From Dimorphilus gyrociliatus (lineage: Eukaryota; Animalia; Annelida): a stretch of DNA of 64,000 bases. How positions within the stretch are numbered: the stretch's first letter is position 1; every line of letters begins with the position of its first letter. Of the stretch, positions 20,203 through 28,534 are shown piece after piece. Location of the stretch: assembly GCA_904063045.1 (NCBI GenBank), contig CAJFCJ010000005.1, positions 1,131,988 to 1,195,987 of the forward strand. Direction: 5' to 3'. A program made the position numbers and the translations under genes. Below the pieces are notes generated by a model. It worked only from the letters and a program-made list of their open reading frames with translations. It did not search any database and was not told where the DNA came from.

Positions 20203-22149
20203 ATGAATTTGATATTCTATTTTGGTATTTTTGCATCATTTCTTGGCCTCCGAGCAGTTTTTGGCTTAGATAACGGCTTGGCTAGAACACCGCCAATGGG
20301 GTGGATATCATGGGAGAGATTTCGCTGCAATATAGACTGTACTGACGATCCTAACAACTGCATCAGCGAAAATCTTTACATGGAAATGGCTGATGTCTTA
20401 TCGACTGAAGGATACAGCAAAGTTGGCTATGAATATGTTAACATAGACGATTGCTGGTTGGAGAAAAAACGTGATGACGACGGTCGACTTGTTGCTGATC
20501 GTAAACGATTCCCTAGAGGAATTCGCTTTTTGGCTGATTATATGCATTCAAGACAATTAAAGTTAGGTATATATGAGGACTTTGGAGTGAAAACTTGTGC
20601 TGGTTATCCTGGTTCGGAATACTTCTTGCAAATGGACGCGCAAACATTTGCCGATTGGAAAGTGGATATGCTCAAATTAGACGGTTGCAATTCTCTACCA
20701 CAACAGATGGATGATGGTAATTAATCTTACGTCTTCAAATTTTCCTTTCTTTTTTAAAACTTTTAACATAGGCTATCCTCCAATTAACTTGTTTCTGAAT
20801 AAAACAAAAAGACCAATTTTATTATCGGTCGAATATCCTTTCTATCAGCTAGCTGTTCTAACAAAGGTATTCTGATGATTGTTTTGATTATTTTGATTTA
20901 TAGCCTACCCTGCCATGGCGTTTTGGCTGAACAGGACGGAAAGACCAATTTTATATTCGTGCAGTTGGCCAGCTTATCAAGAGAGTATTGTGGTATGCCG
21001 AACATAAAGAAAACTCCGCTATTGTCCTTTCAAAGTCATTTACAATTCCCTTTCGATTATTTAAGCAAAAGTTAATTTACTGATAAGCTTCCAATTATTA
21101 ACTGTTTTTACACAGCCAAACTATCCATTGCTAATTAGAAAGGCGAATTTGGCACGAAATTTCTTTGACATAGACGACAGCTGGGATAGTGTCAAATCAA
21201 TTATAGATTATTATGCTAGTGATATTTACAATGCTTCCAAATATGCTCAACCTGGTTTTTTTAATGACCCTGATCAGGTTTGAAAATTATTAAAGTATTT
21301 AAAAACGAAAAAAGAGAAAAGGGAATGAAAGTGATTGGGACAATCAGAGTTTTTTTACTCTACCTTTTCAAACTAATGAATACTTAACAGCCAAACTATA
21401 AAAGAATAGCAAAGTATTGCAACATCTGGAGGAATTATAATGATGTTGCTGATTCCTGGAGAAGTATTCTTAGCATTATAGAATTTTATGGCAAAAACAA
21501 GGGAAACTTTTCTCAAATTGCAAAACCAGGCTCATTCAATGATCCCGATATGGTAAACACACAAGCGTTTCAGATTTCCTAGTTTCTCTTTTTTCCTAGA
21601 AAAGATTGAATTTTAAAAGTCTATCTCTTTTTCTGATTTCAGCTCATTCTGGGAAATTTTGGCTTGAGTTATGATCAAGAAAGAGTACAAATGGCTATGT
21701 GGTGTATAATGGCATCACCACTTTTTATCTCGGCAGATTTAAGAAAAATTCGAGCATCGTCAAAAGAACTACTTCTAAACAAATATGCAATTAGCATAAA
21801 TCAGGATCCTTTGGGAATCCAAGGAACTTTAGTAGAAAAGGTTCAAAGTTGTAAAAAGTATAGAATCAGAAATAAAATGTTGATTTTCCAGAGAGGAGAT
21901 ATTCAAATCTGGCAAAAGGAACTGCAAACAAAAGGAAGTTTCGCTTTCGTATACTTAAAAACGGGAGACGATGGTATTCCATCCCGTGTTTCTTTTAAAA
22001 TGTCCAAGATGGGAGCGTTAGAAGACGTGCTTTATATGGTTTACGAAGTATTTGAAAATAAGTTTATAGGCCTTTGGAAAGGAAGTGAAAGTTTTGAAGC
22101 AGTTGTGAACCCAACTGGTGTATTTTTCGGGAAAGCATTTCCTGCTTAA
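20203..22149 (+). CDS. NAGA/GLA: GH27 lysosomal alpha-galactosidase / alpha-N-acetylgalactosaminidase with two mutually exclusive exon pairs (exon 1 20203-20716; A or B; C or D; final part 21643-22149 with a probable in-frame intron 21841-21891)
   Basis: Signal peptide, then [18 protein letters not shown], nucleophile LKLDGC, NDPD(M/Q)|LILGNFGL and [19 protein letters not shown]. Confidence 0.95.
20772..20866 (+). other. Alternative exon A of GH27 gene: (G)[31 protein letters not shown]
   Basis: AG acceptor 20770-20771, GT donor 20867, 95 nt, phase 1 to 0, open frame, paralogous to exon B. Confidence 0.85.
20904..20992 (+). other. Alternative exon B of GH27 gene: (A)[29 protein letters not shown]
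   Basis: AG acceptor 20902-20903, GT donor 20993, 89 nt, phase 1 to 0, canonical NAGA-type SCSWPAY. Confidence 0.9.
21116..21277 (+). other. Alternative exon C of GH27 gene: [23 protein letters not shown]...PGFFNDPDQ
   Basis: CAG acceptor, GT donor 21278, 162 nt, phase 0 to 0, open frame, acid/base Asp retained. Confidence 0.85.
21391..21552 (+). other. Alternative exon D of GH27 gene: [23 protein letters not shown]...PGSFNDPDM
   Basis: CAG acceptor, GT donor 21553, 162 nt (same length as C), phase 0 to 0. Confidence 0.9.
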
Positions 22150-22206
22150 ATACGACAATAATATTAAAAACAATACTTTTTCATAAAAAAATAAAAGCAA
22201 GAATAA

Positions 22207-24140
22207 TCAAATAACAATATTTCGCATTCGTCGAACATTTTCAATACGTTTAGCAGGCTCTTGTGTTTGAGGTAAATCGAACCGATTTGACGTTTTCACT
22301 GGGCTGAATAACTGACGCTTGCTTAAGTTTGTTGGAGCACTAAATCTCTTTTCTAAAAGATTTCTTTTTGTTTCATCTTATAAGAAAAATGAAAGTGAAT
22401 ATAATGGTTTTATAATAAAATTTAAAGGATTACTAACCGCCTAAAATTGGTGATTCTTCAATGCACTTTACTCTCCTAGCCTCAGGTGTTGCTACCAAAC
22501 GAGATCTTTGTTGACGTTTTACACTTCCAGACTTTTGCTTACGAAGCGGAGTCTCTTTCACACTTTTGGTTTTTAAAACAGGCTGTCTTCTGGGTGGTGT
22601 TTTGTAATTCTGGGGATTGTGTTTTAATCTCTTCTTTGGTGTGGTTAACTAATCATTTAGAAATTTTATATATGAAAAAGTTGAGAGCATAAATTTGTAA
22701 GAATCTAACCCTATTTTGACGAACAGATTGACTTCGTGATAATTTAGAAACTGGTAGCTTAACAACATGATGAGATGATGCTGTGAAACTTCTCTTATGA
22801 TTTGGCAGGTTTTTCGAACTTTTCGAGTCATGGGAACTTATACATTGATCACTAAAAAATGCTGTCTCACTTCCAATTGTCGACGAAGAAGGCGGCGGAC
22901 TAGTATCTGATAAAAAATCATTCGGAGATGAAGGCAAAGCTAAGAGCTTCTCTGGTACAGGCTGTCCTATTTCTTCAAATATAAATGCAATATATTGGGG
23001 AATAACTGTACCATAGCTAAAAAGAAATAAAACAATATATATTGTGATAATTGAGTGATATATAAAATAGCAATTTTTAAATACTTTTCAATAAGAGTTT
23101 TCAATAAGATTTGAAAACTTTCTGGAGGTTCTCGAAAGCAAATTGATTCGACGAGCCTTATAATTTGACAGCATTCGTCCCTCAATATGCATTCATTTGG
23201 TTTTTCTATCTTCTTAATTGTTATAGTTTCCAAAAGAATCATTATTTGTAATCGATATCTGTAACATAAGAAATTTTTTATTTCCTCTCAAATGTTCCAT
23301 TTCTTCAGCTTACTCAAAAATGGTGCAGCTTTGTCTCAATTGCTCCAAAGGTTTTATCAAATTGGACCTCAAATACATCTGTGATCTTTCATAAAACTGT
23401 AAGAAAAAAAATTTCTTTAAAACTCACTACAACAGGTGTTTACAAGCAGAATACCTCGATATTGGCAAAGTATTCTGAGAAAAATTTCAAGGTAACACTG
23501 ATAATATCTCTGGCGCAATTTATTTCGTTCGATTTGAGTTGAACGCAATCATCATAAAGTTTTATCACTAAGTCTTTTAGTTCATCTTCATTTTTCACTT
23601 CTATTGACATTTAAACGATTATAACAATCTTGAAAAGAAGGGCAAAGCTCACTTTGATTAACTGCTTCATTTCTAAGACATCCATTAGATTGCTTACAGA
23701 GTATCGAGTCTTGCAAGTTCTTGTATGATCGAAGTAGAACTTGCTCATATTTTTCTACAAAAACTGAAAGCGATTGTTCTAAAATAGATTTATTTTCCGC
23801 TTCTGTTCGATTTCTGTTAAGGAACTAAATGTAAGTTTTTTAATCGATTAAGAAATCGATCTCTTACAGTTCTTGAGTTGATGATAAAAATCCATCCTTA
23901 AAAGACCCTATAACATTTTTCATTGCTCGAGGTGTCCTCCCTCTGTAGATATTCTTGTAAGGGTGAAGATTGTTGTTAAACACGTTCAAATTAAATCTAT
24001 AGTGTGGTACAGGTTCCGTCTCATATTAAGTCATTATAAAATGGAAGGAGATTAGTATTAAACCAGTTTTCGTTAGAAAAATTTACTATTTCACCAACAC
24101 GTGTTTTTCGTGCGGGTTTTTTATTCGTGTTGATAGACAT
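22207..24140 (-). CDS. TICRR: Short Treslin/TICRR (Sld3)-like replication initiation factor, multi-exon; 5' end uncertain
   Basis: Spliced frame gives VKETPLRKQ...IEESP, paired CDK sites 33 aa apart resembling human T969/S1001. Also RSQSV and FIFEEIGQPVPEKLL, with an upstream helical Sld3-like region. Confidence 0.6.
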
Positions 24141-24145
24141 CGGGA

Positions 24146-24666
24146 ATGCCTCGTTTAACAGATATCGAATTTGCAAAGCGTGTCGTCTCAAAATTTGAGA
24201 ACTATGCTAGGAGGCCTGCGTACAGAGGGATATTCAGGAGGGACTTGCTGCCAAAAGCTTTGAATAATACTGTATCTACTAAAGGAAGAGTCAGCCAAGG
24301 TGATTGCTTAATTTAAATTCACAAAAACACTTTAAATTGAATATAATGTGCTACCTTTTACAGAAAAACCGTGCATCTCCGCTATATCCTTAATGCTAGT
24401 ATGTTTAGAGAAACATGATTATATTCAATCTAGGTGTTCAACAGAAATTCAACAATTTAACGATTGTATGAAAAAATTCGAGGTAACTTTTATATTTATA
24501 TATCAATAAATATTCTAGAATTATTTACAAATAGGCGAAGAAAAAAGCTAAGCAAAACGTCGAAGAAAAAGGTCTCCTATCTGGCAGAGGACGAATACAA
24601 CCTGATAGGCTAAATGAATTTCTTTCTAGGTATCCTCAACCAAGAGAGACACCTGATCAATATTAA
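24146..24666 (+). CDS. CHCHD1: Twin CX9C protein, CHCHD1 / mitoribosomal mS37-like (3 exons)
   Basis: Spliced CISAISLMLVC-LEKHDYIQSR-CSTEIQQFNDC twin CX9C and C-terminal RLNEFLSRYPQP. Splice phases are consistent. Confidence 0.75.
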
Positions 24667-24852
24667 ATATTATCTTCTTGTTTATTAATTACTGAAGAAA
24701 GTTGTAAGAAGAGTAGTTAAAAAACTTTGTCACCTTCATTTAACTGCAGAAAGAATATTAAAAAATTTTTATTACAAGCTGGACAACAATTAATGATAGG
24801 AAACATATTGAGTGCAACACATTATGTGCAAAATTTTTAATATAAGAGTAAT

Positions 24853-25548
24853 TTAATCAATTGTATTTGTATTTAGCCTTATTCTCTTTTTTTGTTTATA
24901 AGTAGCGTTTCTCTTTCGAATCTTATGTATATTTTTTAATTGATACATCCCATACTTGTACCACCAGTCCTCATAGCTTTTATTACAGTCGATAGCCCAA
25001 GACTCGTAAAGGGATTTAAAATATTCATATTGCCTGTGTGCTGATGGATAATCAGTTGGATTTGGCGCTCGATTCATCGCCTCCCAATCACACATGCGTG
25101 GGTAAATCTGTTTCCCAACTTGGTAATCAAGAGTCCAGACGCTTATAGCATCTTTTATATTATCGATTTCAACCATTGGAAATCTTACCTTGAATCTTTC
25201 TTCAAAGGAATCCGCAGTTATCTTTTCCATACATTTATTATGTACTCTGGAGCTTTTCTCGGAACTCTCCTCCTTTACGCAGAATTTAGGTGTTTTCGAC
25301 GAATACATGATTGAGATAATATCATTATAAGAACGTTTGTTAGATTGATTATTAAATATTAAATCTTCGTCATCAGTGTTTGAGGGAGAATTATCTTCAC
25401 TTGTATCCGAGTGGGAATATGTTCCATAGGACATAGTAGAAATATGCTCATTATATTCATGTTTGCGGGAATTATCAATATCGAAAAAATGTTCCATGAA
25501 ACTATCTGTGGGTGACTCCATTTTCCTAAATGGAGAATTGTGTAACAA
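24853..25548 (-). CDS. Uncharacterised intronless 231-aa protein
   Basis: Long ORF with an acidic/Ser-rich N-half and an aromatic-rich globular C-half. No family recognised with confidence. Confidence 0.6.
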   Translation of the reverse strand: MLHNSPFRKMESPTDSFMEHFFDIDNSRKHEYNEHISTMSYGTYSHSDTSEDNSPSNTDDEDLIFNNQSNKRSYNDIISIMYSSKTPKFCVKEESSEKSSRVHNKCMEKITADSFEERFKVRFPMVEIDNIKDAISVWTLDYQVGKQIYPRMCDWEAMNRAPNPTDYPSAHRQYEYFKSLYESWAIDCNKSYEDWWYKYGMYQLKNIHKIRKRNATYKQKKRIRLNTNTID

Positions 25549-25925
25549 TTTCTCAACTTATATATTAAACTTATGTTGGTAATATTGTGAAATGTCAATG
25601 ACGCAATAGCGAGTTTCCCTAACCAGAAATACCGATGAGTCATCCTTGGGCGCGGAAGAATTAGCTTAATAAAAACAAAGCTGTACAATGTCCTCAATGT
25701 ATTTAGAGTAGAAATATGGTCAAGCATTATCTACCAAGCACCAGAAACAGATAGAAAATCAATCGCATGCTTACAAAATATGCGAATAGAAAAAAATATG
25801 AATTTATATAAGGTAGTTGAACGACATTTGTACTTTTTATATAAAAAGTTAATAGAAAGCTCTGTTCGCTACGGAAATCATATAGGTTTTATATTGGAGT
25901 GGACTGATGTAAATTCTCTGGTTAG

Positions 25926-26597
25926 TTATTGTCCAGCCTTTCTCTCAGCTTCGATTTCTGGAAAAAAATTAATGCTTTATTTGACTATTGATTATTAAAC
26001 ATAAGCTATAAGTTACAGGCCTTTTGATAAATCTCATCAGGCCTCTTACCTTGCTTATCGGGCAACTTGTTCTTTTCAACGGTTTCCGTGTGCTTGAGTT
26101 TATCTTTCGAGAAGTTACTCAACTCATTACGTAAAGGAGCCTCTTTTTCCTCCTTTTGCGCCATCTTGAATAGATCAGCGTCTAGCATAACATTCTTTTC
26201 GTGGGTTTCTGTATGCTTAAGCTTTTCCTTAGCAAAGTGGCTTAATTCATCTCGTAAAGGAGCCTCCTTCTCTCCCTTTGCTTCCATTTGAATAGCCTCT
26301 TGATTTGGGAGAAGATTCTTTTCCTTGACATCGGCATGTTTCAAGTTGTCTCTAGAAAAGCCTAGAATTTCATTTCGAATAACGGCCTCTTTTTCTTCCT
26401 TTTGCGAGAATTTCAATCCTGTAATGTATCCAAAATTTATAGTTCGATAAACTTGCATTAATAATTACTCATTTACCGCTCTCATCAGGTAAAGTATTCT
26501 TTACATTCGGTTCGGTATGTTTAAGTTTATTCTTTTCGAATTCTTCAATACCAGAAGTGATGTTTTTTGGAAGTTTAGGAGAACTTGGAGTGGCCAT
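25926..26597 (-). CDS. Multi-repeat (four-unit) thymosin beta / WH2 actin-binding protein (exons 26597-26477, 26418-26050, 25957-25926)
   Basis: Four F..xKLKH(T/A)ExxEKN motifs and terminal EIEAERKAGQ*. Splice phases are consistent. Confidence 0.9.
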
Positions 26598-28534
26598 TGT
26601 GTTCTCTATTGGAAGGAAACTTTTGAATATGCACAATATAATCATAAAAATAATATCAACCGCTAGGAGTTAGCGGTCCTATCAAACATAAAACGTGAGG
26701 CGAATTATAAATAGGTTTTGCCTACATGTCCAATCGTTTTAAGTAGGCCTTTCCGCAGAAAAAACTTGGCTCAGAACACGACAACAAAAATTATTAGTAT
26801 TTGATAACAGTGGTTTTTTTTTAAATTAGGTCTTTGCTTTAGAAAGGGTTTTCAAATCTTTTTGCTATCAAAAACCTAAAGGCCAATGTAGTGAAATGTA
26901 AATGCTTTGTGTAAATACTTCGATTTTTTTTCTTTTTAATATTGTTATCGATATCTGCCTAAAATACTTATTTTAACCGGAATGCAATTTAAAAAAAATT
27001 ATGGATGTGTTCAGTTACGTACAGATAAATAATCTTACAGCATCAAAATAAAGCTTTTTCCCTTCTACTAGATTTACTAGACATATAAATCAGCCAGCGT
27101 AGAAGTAAACATCTTATTCAAACCAAAAACCTCAGTCTTTTTCAAAATAATTTTAGAAAGCGCCGTCTGCTGGTGCATCTTGATAGCTTCGAACTGAAAA
27201 ATGCAACTGACTCATCACTCTCTCTCCAGGTCAATTGTTCCGGGTAGAATTTGAAAATATCCACCCTTACGGGATACGTATTCTAAGATTTCAAACGGTA
27301 AAAATGCTCTTGGCATTGAACTCATTGAAGTGACACTTTTTACTCAAAACAATTAGCTTAGTTTTCTAAGTTTGCGTATTCAAAGCTTAACTAAGTTTAT
27401 ACAAATAGGAAGCATTGTCTTGCTTAATGCAATATACTTACGGAATAGTTTCTGAATTAGTAACTTTCGTGGTCGAAATACAAAAAGTCGTCCTCAACCT
27501 AAAGATGTCTAAGCAAATGACTGATGTCCAAGGCAAAAAAACAGCTAACCATAGCTCCCCCTCTCGACTGTTCATATATTGAGTTTTGATTCACAGATGG
27601 CGTTGTATTTCCTTAAATTACGTATTCCGCAAACAACAAAATTGTTCAAAAACTTATGTGAAAGATAAGAATGTAAATAAGATAACAAATCTAAACATTT
27701 AATAAGATACGCTAATTCCGTGAAATGTCGCCAAAAAACTTCTAAAGGAAAACCAAAATAATATGTTTTACATATACGGTATAGTGCACATCTCATAATA
27801 ATAATATATTAAATTAACATTCGATCTTATCAATTCCATTAAAATGCGCAATTTTCATAAATTTTTCACGATACTTAAAAAAATAAGGATTTCAAATTTT
27901 TAACAGCACTTTTTTAACGAAAGAAAAATCTTTAGTCGTGCAAATTTTCATACCTGCGTTTTTATTATTATCATAGGCTAACATACAGATTAAATAATGA
28001 TAATACACTAAATATAGAAAAATTATTCTAGATTTTATAACCTTTCGAGCAGCTATGAATATTATTTCATGGTTTATTTCTATACTTTTATAATTATTTC
28101 TATCTGACCAAAAATGTATGAAAGTACTTATATCTTTCTATTCAAAACTTTTATAACTATTTGTCAGAGTTTCTTATCGATATTAAACAAATTTTCTTAA
28201 AATTCTGTCGCCATTTTATTCGAATATAAAGCTTCGATGTGTGGAATAGTTTAATTTTAACAAAACATTCTAAAAAATTTATATTCAAAAATATACAATA
28301 TATTTAGACATTTCAAATAAAAATAATAGCTATTTTCCAATACAGCTTAAATAATTATTTATTGATGGCTTATAGTTGAATTTATCGTATATTTTAGGTT
28401 TATATTTTAAAAAATTTGAAAGACGCGCTCTGAATCAACCATATTTCCGTTTCCTGATACTTTAATGGCGCTGTCCATTGTAGCCATTTTCTTTCTTAAC
28501 GCTTGATTTTCTTGTGAATTTTTAACACAAAGAT

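Larger units (their letters stand above)
21010..21595 (+). promoter_or_regulatory. Predicted competing intronic RNA pairings: docking element 21307-21353 pairs with upstream arm 21010-21053 or downstream arm 21568-21595
   Basis: Complementary blocks read directly. Upstream: AAAACTC/GAGTTTT, ATTGTCC/GGACAAT, ATTCCCTTT/AAAGGGAAT. Downstream: a perfect 13-bp GAAAAAAGAGAAA/TTTCTCTTTTTTC with extensions. Not tested by folding software. Confidence 0.7.

Noticed and set aside
20772-21552. Interpreting A/C as dead pseudo-exons or as part of a second tandem gene
   Set aside because: All four exons have intact frames, canonical splice sites, matched phases and catalytic residues. There is only one exon 1 and one terminal region, so these are not two genes.
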